From Octopus sinensis (lineage: Eukaryota), in contig NC_042998.1 in assembly GCF_006345805.1 (NCBI RefSeq), positions 130,200,001 through 130,264,000 of the forward strand: DNA of 64,000 bases, written 5' to 3'. The notes beneath the pieces were generated by a model that did no database searches, was not told where the DNA came from, and saw nothing but the letters and a program-made list of their open reading frames with translations. Shown here piece after piece: positions 12,903 to 27,312 of this stretch. The translations under genes were made by a program, and so were the position numbers. Numbering within the stretch: the first letter of the stretch is position 1; each line of letters begins with the position of its first letter.

Positions 12903-13500
12903 TATACACACATACATACATAATTATATACATACACACAATTGGGTATTAAACTCGTAAGCGAGTAGGACCACTTCTTATACGTAATAGACCCATGCAA
13001 ATATTCTGAGTGTCCAAGAAGTTATAATACGTGATTTTATTTCATTTAGTTATTTTCTTTTGAGAAGATAATGTGTGACACGGGTTACAGCACAATAGGC
13101 TGTAACACTAGTGACACATCAGAAGTTGACACAACCCAAAACCAACTATACATCAGGCTTCTCTATGCGAGTTTACTTAATCCGAGAAGTATCATAAAAA
13201 AGAATTGGACTGCGTCACATTTATATAAAGGAACAAAAATACTAGAAAAGAAAGTCAGCCACGTGTTCTACGTCGGAAACATTCTGCATACAACCGATAA
13301 AAAGGAATTCACAAAGGTGAAACGTCTAACGCACACACACATACACACAAAGAGGTCTTTTTTTTAATCTTTTATCTCTTACTTGTTTCAATCATTTGAT
13401 TGCGGCCATGCTGGGACACACTTGCTATTGACATACTTTCTGTCCCCTATCAGTATTTGCAAAGTGAAGCCATCCTTCCTATTTCCAACCTGACGTGTTA

Positions 13501-13545
13501 CACACGTACCCGAGTTTCTGGTTATTGACCCGTCATCAGCGTGTG
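13501..13545 (-). ncRNA. Minimal type I hammerhead ribozyme
   Basis: Minus strand: CACACG-CTGATGA-c-gggt-caata-acca-GAAAC-tcgg-GTA-CGTGTG. Perfect 6-bp stem I; quasi-palindromic stem III ACTCGGGT; one mismatch at the base of stem II. Confidence 0.8.
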
Positions 13546-13562
13546 ACAATCACCGGTTGTCG

Positions 13563-13598
<36 letters not shown>

Positions 13599-13899
13599 AG
13601 AAAATAGATAGACAGATAAATATATACATGCATAATAGGAAGGAATATATTTCTTCGTTAACTTTATAAAATACATGATATATAAAATTAAGGAGCAAAT
13701 ATATCAATTTATCCTTCATATATTGCGTCGTCTGCATTTGGTGCTGTGTGAATATATACACACTCACAAAAATACACTGATGCAACATGCTCATATGCAT
13801 ATTGATTATAAATTATAAAATATAGGAACGATGCAGTGAGTTTATGAATATATTTGCATATGGAGGTCAGATAAGATGTGGTTTAATAAACGCATTCTT

Positions 13900-14560
13900 T
13901 GTTGCATTCAGCATAGATTATTTGACTACTTGAACTAAGTTGAAAGCGACTAAGGTCATCTTTCTTCAAAGACTCATCAGGCGATTTGTTGTTCATTTTT
14001 CATGTTACTGAAGTTGTGAAGAGGCTTACACATTGTGAATGAACATAGCGTAAATTTGCATAACTGTACTAGTCTGGTTTCTGGATATCAATAATTATAT
14101 TATTAAAACTGCGATAACATCATCCATTTGGATCGCAGTCCAAGTTATGCGTGAAGAAGACGAAGCTACACCGCATGAACTTTGGTATTAGGATACACAT
14201 TGTTCTGTTTCCAACCTCAGACATAATTTATTTTAGTAGTAAGAGAGAGAAGCAACACCTCTGTGATATGTATCAGAAACGTGCGGGAAATTAGCTCCGA
14301 TGAATATTTTTTTATGGAGTTTATGATAATTTTGTATCTATGAGCAAGCATCCCAAGCATATGCTTTCTAAATAGCCATTTAACGACATCTCTTAGATGA
14401 AACAGTTTCTATTCTTTCGTCGGCGAATTATATAGCGTGGCAAATGCATTGTATGTGATATATCGACTGCTTATTTCATTACAATTTAATACATTACGAA
14501 CCCATACATTATCCATCGGTTCATTGCAATGCGAAAGACATCAATACATTCATCATAATA
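13900..14560 (-). mobile_element. Possible highly decayed hAT (Buster/Charlie-like) transposase remnant
   Basis: Frameshifted minus-strand peptide pieces YGF...QCICHAI.FADE..KLFHL resemble the BED-finger start of hAT transposases; weak. Confidence 0.3.
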
Positions 14561-15447
14561 ATTTTTATCTGCAGAATAAATGCATTGGCAATATTTAAAA
14601 AAAATTATTTAAGTATTTTATTCACTGAATATATATCGTATAACAAATACAAATAAATATAAAATATTCCTTCATGCGATTTCGAAAGTTTTTGAAATTT
14701 TGAAAATGGAACAATAAAGAATGAAGTAATGATCAGTTTATCACCGGTGCGAAAATTCCACAACACAAAAAGAAACATAAAGATAGTGGAGCAAGAATTC
14801 AAGGAATCGTCTGTGAATATCAAAATCATAAAATATCGGATTATTGCTGTCTTTTTCTTTTCTTTTAAGAGAGTTTCTTCCTTGTTTGTAACATTTGAAA
14901 TAGCTAATTTTTAATTCCACTTTGGCGAATCTATTTTGAAAAGGAACTTGGATTTACTGTCACATGCATACTGAAAATATTTTGTTGCTAATTTTTTTTT
15001 TTTTATTTATTCTTAATGAAAAGCTATGTATTTACGCAATCACTGAAAAATAAATAATTTACTCTACTAATAAAAAGTATGACGACAAATTTACTAACGG
15101 TATACTTACTATGGTGATAAATTAAACTGTAGAATGTTTGGGTCGTGATATAATTACCTTATAATGAACTTCTAACTGTCTATCAAATTCGGTGGCAGGC
15201 GGTATAATTACCACCATGTAATTCTTTCGATGAATTTAATGCGATGAATTTACAGGGCAGTTTAGTGTTACAAATATCAAGATATTATGAAAAGGATATT
15301 TGAAATGCTATTGATGAACGATAGGAGGAATATAACATCAGATAACGTAATAGCTAGTATTACATATATGCATATATATATATGCATATATATATATGCA
15401 TATATATATATATGCATATATTTATATACATACATACATACATACAT

Positions 15448-15723
15448 AGTAGTGGTTACAGTATTTGGCTCACAATCGTAAGGTTGTGAGTTGAATTCCC
15501 GGTGACGCCTTGTATCCTGGAGCAAGACACTTTATTTCACATTACTCCAGACCAGTCAGCTGGCAAAAGTAAGCAGTACTTGTATTTGAAAGGGCTAGCC
15601 TTGTGTATCTCTGAGAACTACGTTAAGGTCACACGTGTCTGCAGAGTACTCAGCCACGTTAATTTCAGGAGCCGGCTGTTTGTCAGCCGGTTGATCGTCG
15701 TCGTTGTAACCGACAGAGTTGCA

Positions 15724-15724
<1 letters not shown>
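15448..15724 (+). mobile_element. tRNA-derived SINE (family also at 37197-37510 + and 32060-32230 -)
   Basis: GTGGTTA...GTGAGTTGAATTCC head; shared GAGCAAGACACTTTATTTCACATT and GTTGATCG blocks. Confidence 0.75.
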
Positions 15725-15762
<38 letters not shown>

Positions 15763-17242
15763 TCCACACACAACTAAACAGAGGTGCACATTTCTCACAC
15801 AGATAAAATTACTCATCAATCTTGTGTTTGTCTCTGTGTAAATGTGTATGTATGAGCGGGCGGCTTTATATCCGTATCTTGTATTGCGTGTCTGCGTACC
15901 TCTATATGCGAGTTTGTGTCCTTTGTACGTGCACGTATGTATGATTAATATGTCCATGATTATTCTTATTTCTATTTACAGTTGTGTGTATTCTGATTGA
16001 TGTATAGATTCGTGGGTTGGTTTGATTTTATGATTATCTAGTGTTTATGGACTCTTTGGATGCGTTCTTTGTCAAAGATTGATTTGGACATAACTTTTCT
16101 GTCACTGTGATTATGTGTATTTTAATGAGTGTGTGTGTGTGTTGTGTGTGTGTGTGTGCGTGCGTGCGTGTATGTATGTGTCTATATGCATAATATTTAC
16201 GCCAGTCTTGCGAATGAAATGTTATGGAATGTGAGTGCATAGAATCTTCTCGAAGTGTGGTATTCTTTTGTTTTCATGGCTAAACTACATCACTCAAAAT
16301 GGTAAATACAATACCGACGATCACATTAAATATATAAGGTTCCGTAAGAATCCTCAATCAATTAAGGTATAGTCCAATTGGTGAACAATGTAACCAAATA
16401 GTGAGCTTCAGAGCACTTCTAAGATAACCTAAAATTAGTAAACGAAATTCTAAAACTTTATTATAAGCTCTACTTGATCGGAATTGACTGCAAGTCCATA
16501 ATACCAGTAAAGCCTCGTCAAAAACACTTATGCAAAGATGATAAATTCTAGCTCAAATAACAAAACACACAGCAGTCACAATAATCACTAGAACAATGTT
16601 ATGACAGTTAATACATTCACACAAAGTGACCGTCACGCTGAACATATAAAAATGGTAGCACTGACTAAATGACAATGACTGCTACATCATTCATTGTGAT
16701 CATAATCACATTCCCCACAACCGTGCTACTGCAACAAGTATATTCTATCGCTATAACAACCACTGGTACACACACTATATACAAATACCACATTAAAGCT
16801 GACCCATTACCTATCGACGATCAATCAGATACTAAATGTCATTCAATCTCAGAAAATACAAAGAAGGTTATAAGATCAAAAATGGATTTAAATGGTGAAG
16901 CGAGGAGAAGGAAGATCACGGAATTCGATTTAACATATTTGGGTCGAGCTACGTCAACAATATGATGTGGTACATATATATAAAGTGTACGTATTTATGT
17001 TAATCTAAATGTGTTTATTAGTGTCTACTTGTATTTGTGCATGCGTCTATATCTTACTGAAATTTTAATATTATAACACGAAGAAGCACAAAAAATACTG
17101 TGATCGCAACTATGATTCAGATGATGACTTGTAATGTCGAATGGGTAAAATGATTGTAAACTGGGATATTGTTCGTCTTGTTGTTGTCAGAAGTGATACT
17201 TAACGTTGTTAATTATTACAATGACAGTACGGATGGTTTGTG

Positions 17243-17276
<34 letters not shown>

Positions 17277-19352
17277 ATCTATGTGTATCTCTGAACGCGT
17301 GTGTATGTATATATGTGTGTATGTATGTATGCATGTTCAGTGAAGCTAAGTCCCTAAACCTCTACAACTAAGGTTCACACAATAAAGCCGATGTGTTTAG
17401 AGAGATAGCAGGCGAATCGGCGCAATCCCTAGAGTGCCGGATGCAATACTCTGCAATAGTTTCTCCGTTAATTTCGGTTCTGATTGTAAATCCCGACGTG
17501 GTCTTTACTTTCGTCTTTCCGAGGTTGATAGATAAAGCATTATTTTGAAATAGTGAAGGGGAAGAACCAACAGAATGTCAAACGAGATGCCAGGTGTTGC
17601 TTATTGCAGATCTTTTCATTCCTGATTCAGATTTAGGCGTTACTATATAGCTTTGGTCTTCCGTTTCCAATACTGCCACAGTTTTGGTTAATTTCAGTGG
17701 AGTCTGGCCTGTTGTAGGTATTCGGGCGAGGTCTCAGGTTTCAGGATAATCATGCCCCACCTACTGTAAGTTTGAAAGACGATGTAAAAGGTCAAAGACA
17801 CTACTCATCCTTCCTGACTAAAGACAGAGAAAATCGAAACTTTCTTTACAGCTTCAAATTATATTTAGCATCAGAATGGTAGTCGCATTCATATTCCGGA
17901 ATGTATGAATTGAACTTCTCCAATATCAGAAAAATTTAAAAGACAGCAACTTAATTTCTAGAATTTTATGTTAGAAATAGTTATCCGCATCAGTTAGGAA
18001 CAGTTAGTTATCCTATCATGTAATTATATGCACCTTGTGAATAAAGGCTACAAAGCGTTGACCGCTTTCCTTGTGGCATTTTATTTAAAAGTGTTTACAC
18101 CATATAAAATTTCCCTTCGTTCATTAAACATACGAAGGGCACGGAGGTATTAAAGTAGGAATGCGTCTTTTTGATCTCGGCTTACTTGAAGCTGAACAAT
18201 TAATAGAAATATATATATTTTCCATCTCACTTCGTTTTTATTCATTTTTAATCATATCTACGCTGGACCAAGAAGTAAAATTAAACCCTAGCTATACATA
18301 TTCGCATATATCCCGTCTCTCTTACAAATTCCTCTAGCATATGCGCATACATATACATGCACATGGACTCATTCATAAAATACGCGCACACTCACACCAA
18401 TATATAAGAATATCTATATGTAGGTATATATACAGGTGCGTACGCGCGCGCGTGTGTATGTGTGTGTATTTCTATATATGTGCGTCTATATATATATATA
18501 TATATATATATATCGCAGAGCCCGGAATTCGAAAGGGCAGAAATCAAGTCATGGTGCATTTCTAGTATCTAAAATACATAACCACTAAACTCGCATAGTC
18601 AAAGAGTGAAAGGGAAGGCGAGTCACTTACTCGAAAAGGCAGAAAACAGGTAATGCAGAGTCTCAAAATAGTGATGATAACCATGAGAACGCATATAATT
18701 CGAAGGAAATGACTCTGAGTTCTCCATCCGCGAGAGATTCTGGAGAAGATACAAAGGCAGGAAAAAATGAATTGTGATTGCTGCGTGACCTTTATGTGGA
18801 TTATGCTTAACACATGTTTTAACCAAGAATTGCATTGTGAGAAGTACACATCTTAATCAGGACTACGTGTGTCGAATGGGCTTTATCGCGATTGGTCTAC
18901 CCTTAAAAGGCTCTGCTGTTCTGCAAGCATGGTCGTCGGACGTCTCTCATTCGTTTCTGTATTGATTGCTTTCAACATTAACCCAAATGCTGTTCTGCGT
19001 TTCGCTTCTTGTGTGGACGACCCATTATGTCTCACTAAATACTGAAATTACGCACTTTTCCAGTGGTTCTAACATGATTATGTATATATGGATTAAGCAT
19101 ACAAAATTGCTTCACAATCAATCGGAAGTGGTCATTAGAATTATGATGCAGTTTTTGAGATTGTAAATCTAGTTAACTGCTACATGGTTTCATTCAACAT
19201 TGTTTGCGAAAGTTTTGAAAATTTGACCCATTATGCCCCATTGACCTGTCCTGCCCTACATCATTTACCTCATTGAATATGTGTGTGTACGTGCTAGTTA
19301 ATATTTGTGTATGTGTGTATGTATATATATATATGTGTGTGTTTGTGTTATT

Positions 19353-21651
19353 AGCCGCACCCCTCGCACTCCCAAAATTTACTTCCTTCCAAAAATACAC
19401 AAACAACCCTAGCCGCCCCATCGTCTCCGTCTGCAACTGCCCCACCGTACTCATATCCAGATATCTTGACTGTGTCCTTGCCCCACTAGTGGCTTCCCTG
19501 CCCTATCACATCAATGACAACAACCATAATCTTCGTTTGTTTAACTCTTTCTACTTCCCTCCTGGCCACTCTAAATGCCTCTTCAGTCTTGACATCAAGA
19601 ATCTATACACGGTGTCCCTCGCCACGAGGGGCTGCGTGCACTCCAACATTTCCTTGACCTTCAACCCAACCCCCAACCTAACACATCTACACTCCTTCGT
19701 CTGGCCGAACTTGTCTTCTCATTAAACTGCTTCTCGTTCGCGGGTGATTTTTACCAGCAGGTCTCGGGTTCCAACTATGCGAACCTGTTCGTTGGCTACG
19801 TTGAGGCCCAAATATTCTCAGGTTTCACTGGTCTCACTTCTGAACTATACGGTCGTTATATTGACGACTGTATCGGCGCGACCTCACTCACCCGCGAACA
19901 TGTAGTCTCCTTCCTCTCTATTGTCAAATCTTTCCATCCTGCCCTACACTTCTGCACTATTTCCGACAACTCAGTCGCCTTTCACGACATTTCGATCAGC
20001 ATTCATCACTCTACTCTCACTACCTGCATCCACTATAAGCACACAGACTCACACTCTTACCTCAACTTCTCTTTTACCCACCATAAACACACCAATCTCT
20101 CCATCCCCTATTCTCAATTCCTCCGTCTACGCAGGCTCTGCAGTGACAACTATGACCTTTGAGACGCAGTCTCAACTCATGCAGCGCCAGTTTATCCTAC
20201 ATGGATATCCCCTCACTACTGTCCACACCGCCCTTGCCAGAACACGTTCCGTGGACCGTTCATCTGCTCTCTCCCCTCTCACCTACCACTCAACCACGCT
20301 ACAACGCACCATTTTCCGAGCCTTCCGGCATCTCCAGTCCGATCCCTCCACTACGCACATCTTCCCTAACAGACCCTCCCCTCCTTCAAACAAGCCCACA
20401 GCCTACGAGACCTCTTCGTCCACAGCTTCTTACCTAACCCAACCTCCCAACCCGGCTCGTTTCCCTATTCCCGCCCACGCTGTCGCACTTGTCCTTACCT
20501 CTCCAACACCACGCTCCTCACAGGCACCCATCATCGACCCTATCATATCACTGACTGCTTCACCTGCAATTCTAGCAACGCCTTCTACTGCATCTCCTGA
20601 TCTTCCTGTCCTTCTCTATGCACCGTTCAAACGGGACGCCACTTGGCTGACCGTTTCGTGTAACACCTCCGAGACATCGGACTCTGCAATGACACCTCGG
20701 TCTCGCGCCATTTCCGCTCTAACGGTCACTCTCTACAACACCTGTCTGTATTCAGATTGTCCTTGCACAGGGGCCAACTGGATTTCCCTCTTCGCCGTGA
20801 GCAGGGATTAATCTTCTCTCTTCGCTTCTTTACACCATATGGGATCAACTCTCCTCCCCTCTTCATCTAACCCTCCTCTCTCCTTTCTTCCTCTCACACC
20901 TACTTCCTCCCACCCACCTTTCCTCTCTTGCTCTGGCACCTACTTCCTCTCTTCACTCCTACTCACCCCCTCCCTTCCACCCTCTCTCTTATCGTCATCT
21001 CCTCCCTCGTTACCCCACCCTATACATTCCAATCCCACCATCCCTATACATCCCATCCCGCCCCATCCCATTCCTTAGAGCCACCCTTGCTTCCCCATTC
21101 TCGCCTCCCCCATACCCCGACATCACCACACCACACCACACACCACCACACACCACCACACCACACACCACACCACTACACCACACACCACCATACCACA
21201 TCACAACATATCACACAACCCCGCACACACTAGCACTGACCACTTCCCAGCACCCATACCAGCGCACACATTAGCACTGACCACTTCCTAGCGCCTAAGC
21301 CATCATCCACACACCTACACATGCAAACACGCACACATCAAGGTCACCAGTCCCCTTCCACACGGACATACACGCGCACTCGCACCTTCGTTTTGGGATC
21401 ACCACTACTTTATTATCTCCCCTTCTTTCTAGTTCTCCTGTATGTCCTCTCTGTCTGGCATTCGCCATGATAGATCGCTAGCCACTAAACATTTTTCGAT
21501 TTTTTCTCCCTGTTTATTTCTGTGTCCCTTTCTGTTGAAGAGCGTAGGCTCGAAACGTAAAAGACCTTCTCACTTGCCGAGCGTTAAAACTAATACATCT
21601 GATGTTCTTTACACACCCGTCTTCGTATTTAGTTTCTTTTTTGTAAATTCT

Positions 21652-21655
<4 letters not shown>
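19353..21655 (+). mobile_element. 5'-truncated Penelope-like retroelement (RT + GIY-YIG, Neptune-like) with 3' pLTR
   Basis: RPIVS..LISRYLD..LAPLV, LFSLDIKNLYT and RYIDDC (about 19854-19871) RT motifs. RCRTC linker, FTCNSSNAFYCIS and TGRHLADRF GIY-YIG region; stop at about 20870. Multiple frameshifts. Tail carries a hammerhead and ends at (TA)n. Confidence 0.92.
21528..21563 (+). ncRNA. Minimal hammerhead ribozyme, variant core CUGUUGA
   Basis: CTTT-CTGTTGA-a-GAGC-gtag-GCTC-GAAAC-GTA-AAAG. Perfect stems I and II; stem III palindrome ACGT. Confidence 0.75.
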
Positions 21656-21694
<39 letters not shown>

Positions 21695-21696
<2 letters not shown>

Positions 21697-21820
21697 TAAA
21701 ATTCACAACAAACAGATGCTTTAGTATAACGCTTGGGAAGTGCAAAAGTCTTTAACGTTTCCAGCCTACGCTTTTCCACAGAAAGGAACACAGAAAGAAA
21801 CATGGAGAGAAAATAAAGAT
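21695..21820 (-). mobile_element. Inverted pLTR fragment of the same Penelope family with hammerhead (21750-21785)
   Basis: Minus strand: cttt-CTGTGGA-a-aagc-gtag-gctg-GAAAC-GTT-aaag. Tail-to-tail with the 21655 end across a (TA)n tract. Confidence 0.75.
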
Positions 21821-21831
21821 ATACATATATA

Positions 21832-22387
21832 TTGGGTTGCTCAGAAAGTTGAATGCCGATTTATAGTAGCTTACAATTCGACTTATTTTGAGTCCATAAA
21901 ATAGGATTCTACTGCACCTCCATTTAGAGCACAGTTTAAGATATCTTTTCGTGGAAGAAGGTTTATGTTCCTATAATCTGTATTAATTCTGTAAGCCTTT
22001 AAAATGGAAGATAAGAAAGTTCAATTTCGCTACTTGATGCTTTGGGAACGAGACAAAAATTGCTGCAGCTCGGCTTGGTGGTGTTAACCCACTCTCCATA
22101 TTCCCCAGATATTGCTCCTTCAGATTTCCACTTATTCAGATCTCTGCAGAATAGTCTTAATAGTAAAAATTTCAATTCTTTGGATGACATGGAAAGACAC
22201 CTTGATGGATTCTTTGCCATGAAACCGCCTCAATTCTGGGAAGAAGGTATTTTCAAGTTAAAGGAAAGATGGAGACGCATTGTGCACCAAAATGGGTCAT
22301 ATTTGGTTGATTAAAAATGTAATGGCAAGTATTCATTGACCTTTTTCTTTCCTTTAAAAATCGGGACAAACTTTCCGGACAACCCAA
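21832..22387 (+). mobile_element. Internally deleted non-autonomous mariner
   Basis: TIRs TTGGGTTG...AAAGTT and AACTTTCCGGACAACCCAA, TA flanks. MEDKKVQFRYLML is fused to HSPYSPDIAPSDFHLFRSLQN...RWRRIV. Confidence 0.92.
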
Positions 22388-22403
22388 TATATATATATAT
22401 ATC

Positions 22404-22456
<53 letters not shown>

Positions 22457-22460
22457 CTAT

Positions 22461-22538
<78 letters not shown>

Positions 22539-23679
22539 TGAAACCTTGTCTGATATACACAAATGCTTTAAATTATTTTTTTACAATGCCAATACATTAC
22601 AAGTTATACAAAATTGTACATGTTTATAGTTTGTATTTGGCCTTGTATTTTACTATTTCAGAGTTGGAATATGTTTATCAGGGAATCTTCGAAATTGTGT
22701 TGCTCGCTGACAATGTAAAAGTATAAGCCATCAACCAGTCATAATTGTTATGTACTTTTCTTAGCTTTATGAAATATACAACAAAAAAAAAATATATATA
22801 TATGCCTATATTCCCTACCGCACATGTATATATATACTAATACTACACACGCATATACATACATATGCTGATGTAGTGTGCAATTGAATGCTGAGAGTTC
22901 TCTTCTATGTACATAATTGAATGCTAGTAAGGAGCATTGTAGTGTCTTTACAACTTGTTAGATACTTGAGAAGTCCTGCAGTCAACAAGATGGTGAGAGA
23001 TTTGTTACATTGATAACTTAGTCTTATATAACTCAGAATTTTAGTAGGTGCTGGCATAAAACAATTAACGAAATCAATTTTGCCTTAATATCTTTATATT
23101 AGTGGAATCTAATAGAAACGCAAAACACAAAAGCAATACAATAAATGAAGTTCCATCACTTCTTTCTTCATCTCGAATCGTTTAACTGGGAGAATATTGA
23201 CACTCTTTGCCAAGAAAATTCTTTACTCCGTAATAGACTTTAAGTTTACTCAAATAATCAATGGCTTTAAGTTTACTCAAAAACTAATCCGGGATTCATA
23301 TTACTTGTAAATTTCTGCAGCATTTTTCCTCAATCTAATAATGCTTGTTATATTTATGATAGAAATTTATAATTAGTTTTTATGACATAGCACATTCTTC
23401 GTGGCTTGTAAGATATTTCTTCAAGCATTTATGTCAAAACAGTATTAACTAAGATGTGTAGAATATGTCGCTTTCATAGTGTCTATTCTATCCATAATAT
23501 AATATTATTATTGTAGAATAATACGTATTATCCTACAATAGGCATTCTTCTAAGACTGAAAAATGCATTTGTTATACTAAGCTTGTAATATTAGCCCTAT
23601 ATTTCTGGGTTTTGTTTTTGTTTTTCGATTTCTTTAAAAATATAATATTCTAATATTTCTAATATTTCTCTAATGTCTT

Positions 23680-25420
23680 CAATATAGACTAATGCATTTG
23701 TTGCTGTAGTCTCAGGGAATCAAGTCTATAAAGATGGTGTCATGTACAGAATTTATCAAACAAATCTAGTTTCATAACTAGTTTTGATCATTTCATCTTG
23801 ATACTTAGGTTTGATGTACTATGATCTATGACTTAAAAGAAAGCGACTTTTATTTCTATATGATGCGAAGTTAATATAGTACAAAGTTTACCTGATACCT
23901 TCACAAAATATATAGAAGGAATTGAAATAAAAATGGCTGGCTTAGTAAACAAGAATTTATACTGCATTTGTGTTTCAGTTATCATTGGATTAAATCCCAC
24001 AGTAGTTTGATTATTTGGAGAGTTTCAAATATGCCACAAGTTATGATGAAATTTCAATGCACCCTACTTACATACAATAATACACATGGAAGTGAATTCT
24101 TAGCATTCAGTTATACAAATGTAATGCATGAGTTTTTATTCTTACCCAATGTCCCATCAATACAGACATTCATACGTTGCTACTGTCCCAAGCAAACCTT
24201 ATTTTCGATTGACTCACTCGCTTATAATTAAACAATAGCATAAAAAATATTGGTCTTTGGTGTGATTGTCCTAAAACACGATAAAGTAATTTGTGTGTGC
24301 ATTTTAAATTATTCGATTTCATCGTACTAATATGCCAAAGCTTACAGCGCAAATGTTGCTGCTAGATACTCACGATAATACTCGAAAATAGCTTAAAATA
24401 ATCTGGCTATGTTTTGCAAAGTAATTAGCTAAAATAGAAATTTACAAATGTAGCAGTCCTAACAAGCTCAGTAAAATATTTGCTGCTACTAAGTTTTGTG
24501 AACGTCTTTGCCGAATCCAGAAATAAACCTTGATGGTGTGCACAAGTTATGGAACATTCAAGGGGAGAGTGGGATAAATATTTTAGTAATGGAATCAAAT
24601 ATTAATGTAATCACGTCGAACAAATGAACATGATTTTACAAAGCCCTACTTGCATGAGGTTTTGAATAGTGACTGTTTGAAATAGATTACTTGAAATGAA
24701 AAAAGCTATTTTACTTTCACAGAAAAGAAACTCTTATCCAAAGCATATGTAATGGAAATCGAAAGCACGGAAGGCATAATTATGTCATCTGAAAAATGTG
24801 TTAGATATAGTCTTCAATTAGTCGCTGCGGATAAAATTAGTAACATTTCAGTCCGTAAAAATACGGATTTTACATAACAACTTACCTGTATCTAACACCA
24901 CCAGTCACAAAGCAATGATTACTGGAATGTTACAGCTTTGAAAATGCGATGTATTATGCCAACTTCTACAGTGACTACAACAATGTGCATTGTTACTGAA
25001 GATATAACTCTCATCTATCAGAGAATATTGGACAGGTCTAGGTATCAATGACACATGAGAAAATGTGTCTGATGAAATAAAGAAAAATACTTCTTTTCAT
25101 TATCTAACAATATTCAGAAGGTCATGAGTAAAGAAGATTTCCGATTTCAAGAAAGTGGAATGATTAACAGAATATTGTGCAGTGTAATGCAGGTCATTAA
25201 AAGAGGTTACATAAATGTCAAGACATTTTACAATGAAAGACAAAAACTTATGAACAGTTATTTGATTGCTTTTGAAAAAGGTGTTAAGAATCAGATTATT
25301 GCACGATTCTACAAAACTCTGTTTCTGCTGCATTTGTAAATGATGTATTAGCTGAATTAAAAGAAATGAAGAACAGCATTTCTCAACAGAACTGTAATAT
25401 ATTACTTAGAGATTTCAAGT
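23680..25420 (+). pseudogene. Possible heavily decayed very-large-inducible-GTPase (VLIG/GVIN1-like) pseudogene
   Basis: Microsatellite-free stretch with collinear frameshifted peptide hints (TNAFVAVVSG; FDHFILDT.G; AYSANV; KLWN; helical ORF 25124-25339); no clear P-loop. Confidence 0.25.
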
Positions 25421-27192
25421 ATGCTTAGGTCAATTTTAGAAGTCTCAGAGTGTACTATCTGAATAAATTAATAAATGTAGATATGCAATAAAATAAAAGA
25501 ATTATTTCCACTTTTTAGAATCAAAGTTTATAACAATTTTTCAAATATATATTTAAGGCCACTCACTTTGAGGAAAGGCTACAATTCGATTATATCGACA
25601 CAAACCCAAGAAAATTATAAAGACAAAGTTGAATCTGGAATGATTTGGATTCAGAATATGAATGGATATGAACTAAATACAAATTATCGTTTCCTTTCCT
25701 ATTACTGAATATAAAAAAGCAAAAAAAAAATTGCTGTTCTTCAATTTGTTGCATAAGAGTTTGATTATCAAATATTTTGTTTAATACGTAAATTGGAAAA
25801 GAAATATATGTATCGATAAGCACTCCACTATTTTCCAACTGAAGCAGAAATGATTCAAAATAACCAATTCTTACAAGATGAAAGTACAAAATATATGGTA
25901 CGCCACAACAAGAGATCCTGTACGAGATTGCTACATCTGCTACAAATAGTTGCCAAAGTATCTTTTTATAAAATCTTATCGCCTTAAATAAGGAAACGAC
26001 AGTGTATCTAATTAGAAACAGGCTTTAGGGAAGCCTGGAATGCGCTTGATCATGAGATTAATCATATAGGCTTCAAATTGATCTCTGAAGACCATAAAAA
26101 ATATGTAGTCTAAATGGTAAATCAGTTTTTATGTTTCGTTGAGCAGTCAATACTAATCCCTTGAGAGATTACAGGTTAAAACTTTTCACTTAGATTTTCA
26201 TACATGTAACAATGCTAAATCATCTGAGAATCAAACACGAACATGATTCCATTGTTCTCTCTGAGCAAAACGAGATAGATCGATGTCAGAATCATAATGA
26301 AGGTAAAGCATGAAAGATAAATTTGATTAAATTAATGTCAAAATAATCTTTATTCAAATTGCAATTATGATGATGTTCGAGGTATATAAGTATTTCATTG
26401 TTTCACCAAAATACGCACATTTCATCAAGCGAATATAGTTTTGAAAATTTATTTAGTTATATAAAGTATGTTGAAATTTTCGATAATCTTTGAATACATT
26501 TCATGTAGGTTTGTGTAAAATATTCCCGTTTCTAACAAGAAAAGTTATTTCTCCTTCTTTATTTTAAAGTGTTTTTAATTATTTTTATGGGGCCGGAGTT
26601 GTCCTTCATGTATGCTTTTCGCTACACTTTTACATTGCATTGATATTCCCGATTTCCTTATTGTCTCGTTCTTCCTATCATATAATTTATGGTCTTGACA
26701 TATTTTTGGAAATGAATTTCAACAATGAAATGAAAGTTATAGTAATGCAGCCGCTATATTGTTTTGAGCGAAAGAGAATACTTGTTTAGGATATTAACAC
26801 CATTTCCCTTCTGTTATTTTCTTGCAGTTGTTGTTAATACACAATTATGACAAAAATTCCAACATACCAATGAAACACATAAGCTTCAGTTCTCGACAAA
26901 ATTTCATTGTTTTATTGAAATGTGCATACTTTGTATCTTTTTAGTAATTATTACTGACATCTCGTCGTATGCATTGTATCTATAATAAGTAATAGTAAGA
27001 ACCAATATTTTGGGGCATAATCATTAAAGAATCCAGGTTTTATTGATAGCAGTATACACTCATATACATACAGTCACAAATATATTTACTTGAATACATA
27101 CACGCACACCACTGATTAAGCGAAAGTCATACATAGCTCTGAAGCATAAGTGTATCTCTCGCTCTTTCGGCTTTTGTGGTAAGGTCAAAGTG

Positions 27193-27253
<61 letters not shown>

Positions 27254-27281
27254 TACACATGTATCTCCATGTGTTTGTGTA

Positions 27282-27312
<31 letters not shown>

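Noticed and set aside
18516-18915. CAGAGCC...GGCTCTG possible hAT MITE
   Set aside because: Only 7-8 bp of terminal match and no target-site duplication.
19921-20811. 296-aa Ser/Thr/Pro-rich ORF
   Set aside because: Off-frame reading of the C-rich, frameshifted Penelope RT/GIY-YIG sequence.
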